Source: Callorhinchus milii (taxonomy: Eukaryota). Taken from it: DNA of 64,000 bases. The stretch lies in contig NW_024704743.1 in the NCBI RefSeq assembly GCF_018977255.1, forward strand, positions 39,186,001-39,250,000, read 5' to 3'. Positions 37,661 to 50,116 of the stretch are shown here, in pieces. Numbering within the stretch: position 1 is the first letter of the stretch; each line of letters opens with the position of its first letter. The notes beneath the pieces are model-generated. The model was given only the letters and a program-made list of their open reading frames with translations. It was not told where the DNA came from and did no database searches. The position numbers were made by a program, and so were the translations under genes.

Positions 37661-38700
37661 TTAACCAATAATTTCGTATTAAGGAATTCTGCAAAGAAAT
37701 ACCCCAAATTCAATCACGAGATTAAAAAAAACTCTTGCTAATATATCAGCAGTAACTCATCAAAATTCAAATCACATGTGATACTTGATTTATTTTTCTG
37801 AACAAAATGTATTCTGCATCTGTTCCGTCCTATTATTTAACTAAGATAGTCCGGGCCCCAGTCATCTCTCATTACAGTTAGTAGTCGTGCTCCAGATTAA
37901 CCCTCTTTACTGCATTAGAAGCATTTAAAATAATTTAAGCATAGCATCGTATCGGAAGAAATTCCAAACGTATCGGTTGCAGTTGACTTGTTTAACTATG
38001 TGAGTGCTGGAGTCCAATTATAGTCTAAATAGGCCACAAACTGACAATAAACATAATTTAGATTTAAACAAATTGTTACGTATATTGGTGATCTTCACTC
38101 ATCATCCAAATCAATTCTTCACTCCAGTTCAGTGCAACAAATACATCACTAAACCAATGATCTTCCAATGGGGCAAATCAAAATCTTGCAGTTACATTTT
38201 CAAAGAAACAATTTCAGCTGCCAGCTGTTTCTTATGTTAAATGGTTTGGAGGGGAAAACCCTCCACGTTGTTCTGAATGGTCAAATTGGAGAAGCTGTAA
38301 ATGTGAAGTTGGGCTTGCAGATTTTGGCAATTAGTTAGTAGGATACTTTTTTTTAGATGATTTGGTTACTAGATGGATAATATCACACTAACCAGCAGTC
38401 AAAGACCACAATCGGAAAACCGAAAGTTCAACACCACTCACCTGACTTCTTAGACTTGATCATTAAAAATGCTGTTTGGAAGAGGAGAGGATGGGAGGAG
38501 AGTCCAAGCCAATTAAATGTGATAAATGTCATTTGGGTGACAAATTTAACTCCACCACTTCTTACTTATAGTTCCTACTTCAATTATTCCGCGCCTCACA
38601 ATCTTTTCAGTTCTCTAACAGAGCTCTCCTATCTTTTCCATTGCTAAATTTTGTCACCAAAATGTTATGTCCTCTGTTGAGGCCAAACGCTACAAGTTAA

Positions 38701-39012
38701 GTGGAGTCCTGTAGCTCAATGGTTAGAGCACTCACCTCACAAGTGAGAGACCTGGGTTCAAATCCCAGCAGGGCGAAACCTTGGGCAAATTTCCTTACTC
38801 CACATACCTGATGATAATCCCTCAAGAAAAAAAACAATAATAATTTGGTCACTCAATCCACGACTGCTTGTGGGACACTGCAGTGCACAATTGGATGCGT
38901 ATTTCACCCACAAAATATACAGTCAATTCACTTTACAGTATATTCTGTGAAGCTCTTTGAGACATCTTGAAGATGTGAAAAGCGCTATATCCAATGCAAG
39001 GATTATTATTAT
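38701..39012 (+). mobile_element. tRNA-derived Deu-domain SINE (short form, CTCACAA loop)
   Basis: Same architecture as 13381 and 49791; T-arm ctgggttcaaatcccag intact. Confidence 0.9.
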
Positions 39013-39299
39013 AAAGTTCAAGCTTGTCCACAATTTGAATACAGTAGTGCTTCCATATCTCCATCCTGGAGTCGTTTTAACTCGCTCTTTTCCTCGCTCC
39101 TTCAAGGTCCATCTCGAGACCTTTCTCTTTGATTAGATGACTTTCGGTCATCAGTCCCTTCCTTGCCTCCCACCATCTCGGCTACCATCCCCATCTTAGA
39201 TGCAAATCTTAGACTGATCATGACCTTGGGACTTCCTCCCTATGTGAAATGTGCTTTATAAATCTAAACTTGTTAAACCAATAGACTGCATTGCTGTAT

Positions 39300-39650
39300 A
39301 CATGAAGGGAGTCTTGTTAGAGGCCTTTAAAATTTTGAGGAGTTTTGATAGGAGAAATTATTTCCTCTAGTTGATGGGTCAATGACTAGATTAGTCCACT
39401 TCTATTTAATTTAAGATAATTAGCAAAAGAGCAAAGGGGGAGATTAGGAGGAATTACTTACACAGAGAATTTTTAGAATGTGGTGTGGTGGTCAAGGCAG
39501 AATCTATATTAGGTTTTGAGAAGGAACTAGGTATATGTATAAAAAGAAGTAAAAATAGTAGAGATATAGGGAAAAGCACATAAATGGGTTTGAATAGATT
39601 GCTCTTTCAAAGAGCCAGCACAGATATGATGAACCGAATGGACTTGCATT
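39300..39650 (+). mobile_element. CR1 3' fragment
   Basis: LLEAFKILRSFDR..GEIRRNYLHREFLECG, then gagccagcacagatatgatgaaccgaatgg. Confidence 0.75.
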
Positions 39651-40519
39651 AAAACTCAAAATGATGAGAGGGAAAAAAAGTCATGCACTATTCTGGCATA
39701 TACTGTAATTTGTTTTCTTAGAAAAACAACGGGTGAGGACAAATGACAATAAATCAGTATTGGATGAGCTTCAGCTGCTTGTCAGAAATCATGTGTTTTC
39801 AGATTTCATACATAAGATGCATCTTAATTCAAGAAATTACTGATTCTTCCACCCATCTTATTTACTTCATAACATTGATGTTTATCACTGACAGTACCAT
39901 TATTGTACAACACATAAACATGATTTATCTTGGGACAAGGAGCTGAGAGAAGAAAAACAAACTTGGGAGGGATTGTTATGTATTTCACAAATGACCTTTT
40001 TGATCAACAAAAAGATGGAAACACTTTTTTTATTGTAACAAGTGTTACTATGTCACAGCTTCATACAGGGATCTACTTTGAGGTATTTCTTAATAAGAAC
40101 TGTTTAACTATTGAATTTGTAATCAAAACAAATGTGCTGAAGAAACGCTTTGAGATGTCCTTCTGAATGAACTAAAATACGATGGAGAAAAGATTTTGAA
40201 GCAATTAATTTCTGGATGATGAACATAAAAATATCTGCTGAAAAATCGCAGGATGGTACTACTTCAAGTAATTATACTCTAGAAATCTAAACCAAAACAC
40301 TTGATGGGTTAACATTGTAGAGCATGTAACAAGATAAAATCTTGAAAGTAAATATGTTTGTTTTTGTTTACCTTCATGTGGGGGGACACATCCATCCCCA
40401 CCAGTTCTTTCTCTTGCAGATCCCTCTGTGCAAGAGAAGCCTGGCGGAAAATATTGTTTTTTTTTATCCCCATCTCTCACAAAATCACAAGGTTGTTCTG
40501 GATGAAAAAGGCCCTTCAG

Positions 40520-40880
40520 CACATCTGATCTCATCCTCTAAACTGGAACACCCACCTAACCATTCTTATCATTAGACTAAGCTGCTTTTTAAACAAGTCT
40601 AGTGTCCTGGTCTCTACCCCATTTCCTGGTAACCTATTCCGGTGGTTGATCACCCTCTGCGTAAAGAACATTTTCCTGGTATCTGTCCTCAAATTCCCTT
40701 TACAACTCTAAACCTATGTTCTCTTGTACTACTGTCTTGATACATCCTAAAGTATTGATCTGGTTTTACTTTTTTAATTCCATTTAAAACATTATACAGC
40801 TCTGTGAGATCTTCTCGGAGTCATCTTCTCTCAAGACTGAAGAGCCCTAGATGTATAGCCATTGTTTATAGCTCAAGTCG
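40520..40880 (-). mobile_element. CR1 3' fragment
   Basis: cctggtaacctattccggtggttgatcaccctctgcgtaaagaac (FFTQRVINHRNRLPG on the minus strand). Confidence 0.8.
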
Positions 40881-41219
40881 CTGCACATAGCTCACCCCCT
40901 TCAAGGAACATCTGCTGGAACTCAGGGAAATATATGGACTAAATCTAATGCTTAAACCTGTTTGCTGCTGGAGATTTTCTTCTTTATATAACCCATTCTT
41001 TTATAATTGATTTGTTTTTCCGGTTTTGCTCACATAGGTCTACAAATGCACAAATGACTAAATTTTACAACTGTACATTTTTTAAAAAAATACAAACTTG
41101 CAGTCATTTTACTCATCAACAGAAATTAAAGAAAAGTTAGGTAAATAAGAGGAATTCATATTTAAGTTCTCTAAAGGAGAGATAATGGGGTTCGGACTCT
41201 ACTTCTCCCAAAATTCAAT

Positions 41220-41490
41220 TAAACAACAAACTACATTTGTATAGCACCTTTCATGTCGGAAGGACATGCCAAGGCGCTGGACAGTCTGGGATTTGGCCCC
41301 GAGTAGGGGGGTTAGAACCATGAGAGATGGAGGAGAAGGGGAGAAGGGCGCAGTCTAAGAGGAAGTTCTTGAGACATGCTTTGAAGGAGGCAAGGGAGGG
41401 AACATGTCCAAGGGACTATGGGATGGCGTTCCAAAGGGTGGGGCATAGAGTCTGAAGGCCCAACCACCGATGGTGGGGCGAGCCTGGCAG
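41220..41490 (-). mobile_element. L2 3' end
   Basis: acatttgtatagcacctttcatgtcggaaggacatgccaaggcgct; RPTIGGWAFRLYAP. Confidence 0.85.
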
Positions 41491-43659
41491 GCCGTCATAT
41501 TATAAGATACATTAATTGGACTGATCAAGTATAGTATGCAAGAGAAGCCTAGCGGAAAATATTCTTTTTTGTCCCCACCTCTCACAAGATTGATCTGGTT
41601 GAGAAGCCCTTCGGACTAATTTGTAAACTTACAAAAGGCTTTTTTTTTAATAGTGAATTTGTTGCTTTGGAACCCTAATTGGATGTTAATCTAAATATCA
41701 GTCTTGGTGCCTGGCAGGAGATCAGACTCTGAGTGAAGTTCCAGATTCGCTGTTTACAAATCCTTTTGAGCATCTCTCAATCTAGACTCCCTTGCTTATT
41801 TTCACTCTTTTCTGTGATTTTCCACTTGTTACCCACATTTCCATTCACAACATGGCCTGATAACAGATTGCAAACAGTACTAGTTCGTAGTAGGGCAGCA
41901 GTTGTGAAAACAACCTGGGGTGACTTGTTTCCTTATCCTTGGGGAGAGGCATGTGACTTGCCCTGACACCAGAAATGAAATCAGGAACTTGCACCTGGAC
42001 AGTTAGAGATCCAAACCCACATCCTATCACTCGGGCTTAGTGTATTGGACCTCCAACGAAATGCACTCCGTTCTGCAGATTTAACCCACTGCTGGTAAAT
42101 CTTTTTTTAGCTGAAGTACCAATAAATAGGCTTACCAGGTTGTTGCATGCCAATGTCAGTGGGGCTTCCATTGCTGAATTCATTCTTTGTGCAGTACAGA
42201 GAAGTGGAAGCAGTACAATGGAAAAGATTCTATTTATTACTGAATCCTACTAATATTGAATAGTATTTCTGCAATATATGTATAGAATTATTACTGATTT
42301 AAGAATATTGTTACCGCAAATTATTTGAGATTAGATTGTGTATTATATGAATTTTATATTCCAGATTATTTAACTCATGTAGATTAAGTTACCATTTTTC
42401 TTATTGATATTCTCATATTATTGTTCAGAATCTTATTGGAATTAACAGTTTTTCTGGTTTCTGATTACAGTTAATAAACACAAATAAAGAATATTTAAGC
42501 ACTTTGAGATGCCCCCCTGGCATGAAAGGTGCTATATTAAATGTTAGTATTACAATTATTATAATGAGTATCAATATTAAACATAAATTCTTATCAGTTA
42601 TTAGGGATCTATTTCATGCTCTGTTCAATTTTCACCCCCTTCTACCTTGTTTGATAAATAAGAAAAATATTGAATTAGTTTTGTTCATTTTTGAGTTATA
42701 ACGAATTTGGGATGTACTAATGATAACTTCCGCATCATATACTGTATTTTTCATTCTATTGTTCAGAAGTTTTAATTCTATATGACTCTGTAAAGTACTA
42801 GACTATGTTAGAACTCATTAATGCAAATGACAAGTATTAGCCAGTCTGATAATTATCAGGTCGAATCTGTGAATTGAATGAAAGATTGCCTTTTTATTTA
42901 TTACACGTTTCATATGAAACAAATGCCCTTTTTTACATAGCAGATTTTTAAAAATGTTGCAAATACAATGGAGTGCTATTCTCAACTTGTTGTTACATAT
43001 GCTTGTTGTTACCTGGCTTGCTGATGTGTCCTTATAATTGGATAAGCCCCCAAGGGTGCTTTGAAGCTCCTCATTATAGAAAATAAACTACACCTCCCTA
43101 GAGCTTACTTGCCACCATCTTCTAAGTTTCCAAGTCCAGATGAAATATTAAATAATAATCCTTAAGGCCTTTAAATATCACCATTGTAGTATCCTAAACA
43201 GTATGTTATGTAGTTAATACCAATATTTATCTCCATGACTTGACAAATGTTGTTACTACTGTATTTCGCCTTTGGATGCCAAATCATAAAATACCAGAAG
43301 TGGGGCAGCTCTGAGCTGCTCTTAGCTGATGTACCTTTATGCACATTTTAGAACATCAGTCACAGCATAGAAACAGGCGATTTGCCTATTCAAGTCTGTG
43401 CTAGGATTTTACTCCACGTGAGTTCCCTAATCCTGCTCGTCTGTTTTTCTAGCAGCTTTTCTTTATTCTCCCCCCTCAATTTTTGTCCTTCCTGTCCTGA
43501 AGTTGCTAACTTATGCTTGGTATGAATCTGCTGGCTATTGCCACCTCTAGAATCTTGCCACCATTTTCACATGTGTCCCTGAACAGCGAGTATTGACACA
43601 TTTCTCAATTTGAGGAGGCTACTCACGTTTTTGGCCAATATCTAAATACATTTCAGTAT

Positions 43660-43850
43660 GAGCAACCGAATAGTGATTAGGATTGGGGACCCCATCTGAT
43701 TAGTCCTCTCCGCTTCCCTATATCTGTAGCCCAGGAGACTTTGAGGCAGTTGAGCCATTATTACTGATGGCATAACTGAGATCAGATGATTCAGCACTGA
43801 ACAAACATTGACCTTGGGCCCTTCCTGGTTTGGATAATCTTCATTGTGTA
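43660..43850 (-). mobile_element. Ancient tRNA-derived SINE fragment (AmnSINE2-like by recall)
   Basis: actgagatcagatgattcagcact..gggcccttcctggtttgg; related to 48258-48500, 50660-50812 and 59790-60015. Confidence 0.45.
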
Positions 43851-44014
43851 AACCCTGAGCAAAAGCAAACTGGTTATTTAACCAAGGAGAGTTCAAGATA
43901 ATGTCTTGGTTGTGATATAATTCAGGGTACAGTTTAAGTGTTCACACTTTAAAGTTATTAAACACCAGTGAACACTTTAGTTTGCAAAAAAAAATGTTTT
44001 AAAGCTTAACCAGT

Positions 44015-44395
44015 CAATACAATACAAATTTTCATTTAGATAGCTCCTTTCACGTTGGAAGGATGTCCCAAGGTTCCTGACAGTTGGGGTTTGGCATCTG
44101 AGCTAGGAGCGGGAGCCGAGGGATGTGGGGAGGGGAAAGATGACCAAAGTCATGGTCAGAGAGGAAGTCTTGAGATGGACATTGAAAGAGGTGAAGGAGG
44201 AAGTCGGAGGGACTCAGGATAGAGTTCAAGAGAGAAGGAACAGATAGGCTGAAAGTCCGACTGAAGATGGTGAGTATGGCGGGGGACAGGTGCCTGCTGA
44301 ATGAAGGGAATGGCCAGGTCAATACTTTTTGAGGAGGTCACAGAGGAAAGGTGATGCAAGACATTGGAGGGATTTGAAGATGAGGACCTTGATGC
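44015..44395 (-). mobile_element. L2 3' fragment with (CAATA)n tail
   Basis: caatacaatacaaat..cctttcacgttggaaggatgtcccaagg..ggagggatttgaagatgaggac. Confidence 0.8.
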
Positions 44396-44614
44396 TGATG
44401 ACTACCTCATTAAGGTAACTGACCTGAAGTTGCTCAAGATGATGATTCAGCTCTGCCTCATCAATATCTGGTAATTCATTAATCTGGAAATTCATTCACC
44501 TCCTGTGTACTGTATCAGCCAGATATCTTCAGCAAGATACAGTAAAAGAGTTTAAATTAATGATTAGTTGTACCTGATTTTTAAAAAGGTATAGCTATAT
44601 TAATATAATAATTC

Positions 44615-44985
44615 TATAATCCTTGCATTTCATATAGCACCTTATCAAGTTGTTGAGACGTCTCAAATTGCTTCACAGAATATATTGTAAAATGGATTGA
44701 CTGTGTATTTTGTGGGCAAAATGCGGCAGCTAATTGTGCACAGCAGTGACCCACAAACAATCGTATACTGAGTGACCACATTCTTTTGAGGGATTATTGC
44801 CCCAGAAAGTGGATTGTTCCGCCAGTCGACTAACAACCGGGTTCCTAATTAACTGCTACGTAAACAAAGGGGTGTGGAGTAAGGAAACTCCACACCCCTT
44901 TGTTTACTAGCCTAAGGTTTCACCCCACCAAGGAATCGAACCCGGGTCTTCTCGCTTGTGAGACTGGTGCGCAACAGCTCAGTAG
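44615..44985 (-). mobile_element. tRNA-derived SINE (long subfamily) with an internal 21-bp perfect inverted duplication
   Basis: Full family architecture in antisense; inverted repeat at 44860-44907. Confidence 0.88.
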
Positions 44986-46679
44986 GAGTTGTTGTAATGG
45001 GAAGGATGAGTTTTAATACAGCTTTACTGTTGAGCGACTTTAGTTTTGCTTTTTTAAGTTACAAATATATTAAGTGGTATATGTTATCTGGTAACCTTTG
45101 CATTTTATCCACTGTAGCAACAAACACCATGACAGGTTTTGTGTATAGCCTTTGGGCCATGGGAATAGCAACTGAAAAACATTAAAATGAAGACCATAGC
45201 TGAAACTCAGCACAGTATATATGGTATTAAAAAAGATGTCTTGAACATATCAGAACATTGTGTAAGTGTAATTTTACGAAAAGTTAATTTTCTGTCTTGT
45301 GGTTCACTGAATGTTTTGCGAGGTTCTTTCTTAAAAGGTATTTTATGTTTTTCTCTTCCGTTTTTCCTTTTGGCCTCTTGTCACCATTGTTAGTCACAGT
45401 GACCTATGTTCAGGTTTCTCCGGGACTTTGTCATTGGGCACTGAGAGGTGAGCGAATGCAAGCAATGATGACTGTTTTTAACTCTCCTTTCCTCTGGGGA
45501 AGCATACAGCATCTGCTCATTGCTTTCCCCAGTGACATAGCAGAAGGACGTTATTCAGTATACTGTGACTCTTGGCTCTCTACATCTATAGTAAAGTTTT
45601 TTTTCCATCCTAGATCCTCCAGAAGATTGATAGTGTTATCAGCAGCCATAAAAGGATTGCAATAAAGGTACACTCTTTGTAAATTTGTATGCATTTACCA
45701 GTAAATTAACAGAATTGTTTATGGAGCATTTTAAGAATGTTAATTGTGCTCCCTTTCTTGTGTGCTCTCTGTTAATTGCTTTGCCTCGGGAAACTGAAAG
45801 GTACTTTCTTGTAGTGTTGGTGGGACTACAAATTAGAATGGTGAATAAAATGTGCGTAAAACAACTAAGTCTAGCAGTGTCAGGATCAGCACCAGAATAA
45901 CTTTGATTCTTCAAGTTAAATTGGGTGGAAAATAGAATTCTGAGCATGAATAGGCTAAGACGGGAATACAAATACAGTATAAAGTATCTTCAGAAATTGT
46001 ACTTCTGCAAAACAAATTCAGAAAAGCTGAAATGTGCCAATGAAAATGAATAGTTGACTGTGTAACACAATTATATGTCTTTACTTTAGGAAATTTGACA
46101 ACTTTTGTTTTAAATATAATTACTTTATATCCCGAGGTATGTATTTAATCTTGCTTAAGATCTGAGCTTGGAAGGTTTTGTAAAAATATTACGGGGGAAA
46201 TATCTTTGTGAGCATCTCACCAGTTAACATGAACTGATATAATATTCGTCTTCTTGTATGTTTGGTAATGATACAATAGGAAATTCCACAAATCAGCCAA
46301 CAGTTAGCATTTCAAGTGAATTTGTGCGCTGCCTTTAAAATGTCAGCAATGGACAGCTGCAGCCATATTAATGTAGATATAATTGTCTAAAAACATAAAA
46401 CATGTTGAAATTTGGTGTAATTATTGGACAGTAGATGCAGACCTTCTGTATCCCACTGATGCAACAACTTGCAATCTTAACCATTACGAGTGCTGGCTTC
46501 TCATGTCAGATGCTGTTTGCCACATCTAGTGGACAGCGCATGATAAACTGTATAATAGCTGAAGGAAGCAGAACTTAGATATTTCTGTCCATTTAATCCC
46601 AACCAAGGTGTTGGCAGCATTTTCCTTGTGAAGCTTAATGGCCTTCACGTAAAAAAAATAGATTGTGCATGTCATTTTT

Positions 46680-46990
46680 GGGGATGTTAGCTTGGTGTCT
46701 GACTCACCCAGAAACCCATTGCCACACTTAAGAGAGGTCAAACTGAATACTGAGAGTTCTACAAATGCGTGGAAATTTTCATGTGGATGGAATGCATGCT
46801 CTCTTCCCAGAGGGATGCATCCTGCTTACCTAATCCAGGAAAGTATTAGGCACAAATTGGCAAGAGCCAAGGTGTGGGACTACTGCTAAGGTTTAAGCAT
46901 CTAAAACCATACAGCTTGCCATTGTGAACAATGACTGGCAACCCTCCCAGTGCTTTTCCGGCTTGGAACACCCTTCTCTTCAACAGGGTC
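46680..46990 (-). repeat. Unclassified interspersed repeat, antisense copy
   Basis: ggaatgcatgctctcttcccagagggatgcatcctgcttacctaatccaggaaagtattagg..tggcaagagccaagg is the reverse complement of ~35150-35240. Confidence 0.78.
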
Positions 46991-47631
46991 AATAGAGACC
47001 CAGTGGGAGGAATCTCTGCCATAAATTACATGTGGGGGCAGTGTGGTATTCGGGAACTACACTCTTCTCTTAACTCCCAAACAGCAAACAAGGTTGTTTC
47101 ACTCCTGGGAATCTTGTCTTGTAAGATTATCTTCAACAATCTGATTATATACGTTATTATGTAAGGTCTCACTGTAGAATCATATGCTTGAGTGTCAGTG
47201 ATCTTGTTCCATTGGTGTGAATTAAGTTTAGGTGTATTAGCAAGAGAAGGATATAAGAGAAGGGATTAATGGGTGGAGGCTCATGTGGAGTGTAACAAGA
47301 TTATTAGGGCTGAATGGCCTGTTTCTGTGCCATAATGTTCTATGTTTAACATTATAATTAATCTCCAAATAGTTGAAACACATGTGGTCTTTTTGTGGCA
47401 CTGACCTAAGTCTTAAAATACAGCTTCATCTAAAATCATAACGACAACTGCTTTAAACATAGGAAGAGAAGAAGATCACTAGGCACATCGAATATTTCAT
47501 CAACCAAGGCAGCTCTGTATCTTTTGTATCTCATTGCCTTGATTTTAACCGCATCCTTTAATACATTAACCTTGGAAGTATATATCTCCTTTAAATGTAG
47601 TGCAGTCTGAAACTCCCAACACAACAATGTT

Positions 47632-47900
47632 GGAGAGGCTGTCTTGGATGAGATTTTAAATCAAGGTCTCACCTGTCTGTTCAGGTGGACATTAAAGATC
47701 CTGTAACAGGATTGAAAGAGAGAAGTGAGTTTTTCTCACTGCCTTGGCCAACAATCTTTCAGTTTAATTGATCATTCATCTCATGGCTATTGTGCAACCT
47801 TGTTGGTAGAAATAGTTGCTGCATTTGTAAACCGAAGTGTCTGCTCTTGACAGTAATCACTTGTACTTTGCAATGTTTAGAAGTAATAAGATGCTATAAA
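47632..47900 (+). mobile_element. Old Deu-domain SINE fragment
   Basis: ggatgagattttaaatcaaggtctcacctgtctgttcaggtggacattaaagatcc. Confidence 0.7.
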
Positions 47901-48257
47901 GTGGTAAATTCTTCTTTTCTAAAACTTCTCAATTGATTTTTGGCATCTATGTCATTCTAGGGCAGAGCATCCCACATTCTCACAGCCTTTTGTTTCCAGA
48001 AGTATTTCTGGATTCAGAACATGCATAATTATGAATTATTGTTGTCAGCAGGCCAAGATAAATTGATGGCGTGGAGGACAGCACATAAATTCTTAGTAAA
48101 CAAACAATAAAAAATGATCAAAGGCAAAAATTGTTGTTTTGAGAACACTATGTTTAGCGCTAGAGAGGTCTAACAGCTCTAAGGGAGGTATCACCTAATT
48201 CTAAAATAAGTGGATTTGGAAGTTCTTTCAGTGGCTCCTTCAATGATCAAATGGAGC

Positions 48258-48502
48258 AATAAGCCACACAGACCAGAATGTCTCTGTTGTAGTATTAAAG
48301 TTTGGGGGCACTGAGAATTGGTCTCAATATCCCTAGTTCAGGAAAGGGAAAATCAACTAGGGTAACTGCTCCTGATTATTCCCCTGAATGTCGATTGAGG
48401 ATGGAATGGGCCCAGGTATGATGTCCTCCGTGATCAAAAAGCCGGATAACATGCACTGTCAAGATTCACACATGGATAATGACCACATGGCCATTATACC
48501 TG
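48258..48502 (+). mobile_element. Ancient tRNA-derived SINE (AmnSINE2-like by recall)
   Basis: agccacacagaccag..aattggtctcaatatccctag..gggaaaatcaactagggtaactgctcctgat..cactgtcaagattcacacatggataatgaccac. Confidence 0.5.
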
Positions 48503-49790
48503 TTGAACTATACCACAATACAAGGATAAAAAAGGTAAATTCCTTCTGTCGGGCAGAGTGTGGAATTTGAAAGAAAATAAATTGTCAGGATTTTTTGTTC
48601 TGGGTTCTTTCAACCTGCTTACTTGCCGAGCCAGGAGGAACTGACAAGCTAACAACAGGAGTTTTCCTATTGAGTTGTTTGTGGCTGATTCACTTTGCAA
48701 GCCTGACCTGCTGGGGGTATCTCTACTGTCTCAGATACCATAAGGTATCTGTGTCTACTGGGGCAAAAAGAGCAACAAGCTTACAACTGTCTATTGTATA
48801 AATATTTTGCTAACTGACTAGTGACAGACCAAAGGATACATTCACACATTGCTGCTGTTTTGATTTCTAGGGATAGCAATTGATATTTAAACTCAAGCTG
48901 CTGTTACACTGTATCTACAGGCTGCTAAATTCCAAGCTTGATTTATCCCACTCTTCTCAACCTTGGTGGTGTCCTGCACAGCGGGCCTTGGCCCTTCACC
49001 CAGACTTCTCAACGACAACATATTATGATGTGGGAAATTTGACTTTGCCTCAAATACAACTGTAAACAATTTCCTTTTTTTAAAAAACAAATCTTCCGTT
49101 ATATAATAATTTCTGCAGCCTTGTGATCGCATTGAATTCTAGCCAAGAGTGGAACAACCTGAACCCAGTTTTGTCTAGGCCTATATTAGGCAGCGTCAAG
49201 ACTTGCTGGTCTACAATCTAATTTTGTAGGGAGAAATTGTTTTACTTTCACTGAATGTATTCTGTGCTGCTGGAAGGTTGCTCATCTGTTCTCTTTTGAG
49301 GCACTGCTCAGAACCATCAAAAATAACAGCAGATTGAGGCTGGCAACAGAACCACAGTCCCTACCATTAGCAGACTACAACAACAACCTTCCATCTGCTC
49401 CTCGATTGTGTCATTTCTGTTGCACAAACCTTTAGGGATTAATTAGAGATTGGATCAATATGAACTCTAAAAGGTGTAAACCAGGTGTAAAGCTGCACAA
49501 ACTTTCATGCCACTGGTATAGTAGCTTCATGTAAATTGGAGAGCTTTAGTACTGAGCCAGCAACAAACATAACATACTGATAATCCTCACAACATATGAC
49601 TGGATTCATTCTTCCCTCCTCTTCATTGGCAAAGGAAAGTGTTCATCAAGGCTTTAGGAGAAACGTTGCAACTGATAACCCAGCAACCATGGCAGCAGTA
49701 GACAATGGACATTACTAGCCAGTAAAAGCGACAGATGCATATGAATTAGAAACTAGTTCCTCTGGTAGGGGAATCTAGAATAAGGGGCAT

Positions 49791-50116
49791 GTGGAGTCCT
49801 GTAGCTCAGTGGTTAGAGCACTCGCTTTGCAAGCGAGAGACCTGAGTTCAATTCCAGACAGGGCGAAACCTTGGGCAAGTTTCCTTACTCCACACGCCTA
49901 ATAATAATCCCTTCAAAACCAAAAACAATAATAAATTGGTCATTTTCAATCAACGACTGTTTGTGGGACATTGCTGTGCGCAATTGGCTGCCGCGTTCGC
50001 CCACAAATATACAGTCAATTCACTTTACAGTGTGTTCTGTGAAGCGCTTTGGGACGTCCTCCCGACGTGAAAAGCGCTATATCAAATGCAAGGATTATTA
50101 TTATTATTATTATTAT
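49791..50116 (+). mobile_element. Young full-length tRNA-derived Deu-domain SINE nested in a CR1 3' end (~49748-49790 and 50117-50390)
   Basis: Least-diverged copy with a long (tta)n tail. The flanks rejoin as CR1 ..taaggggcat|aatcttaaattagagccagg.. and continue FFTQRVVEIW. Confidence 0.92.

Noticed and set aside
43936..43977. 10-bp inverted repeat aagtgttcac/gtgaacactt as a miRNA hairpin
   Set aside because: Stem too short, with a poorly paired AT-rich spacer; plausible by chance.
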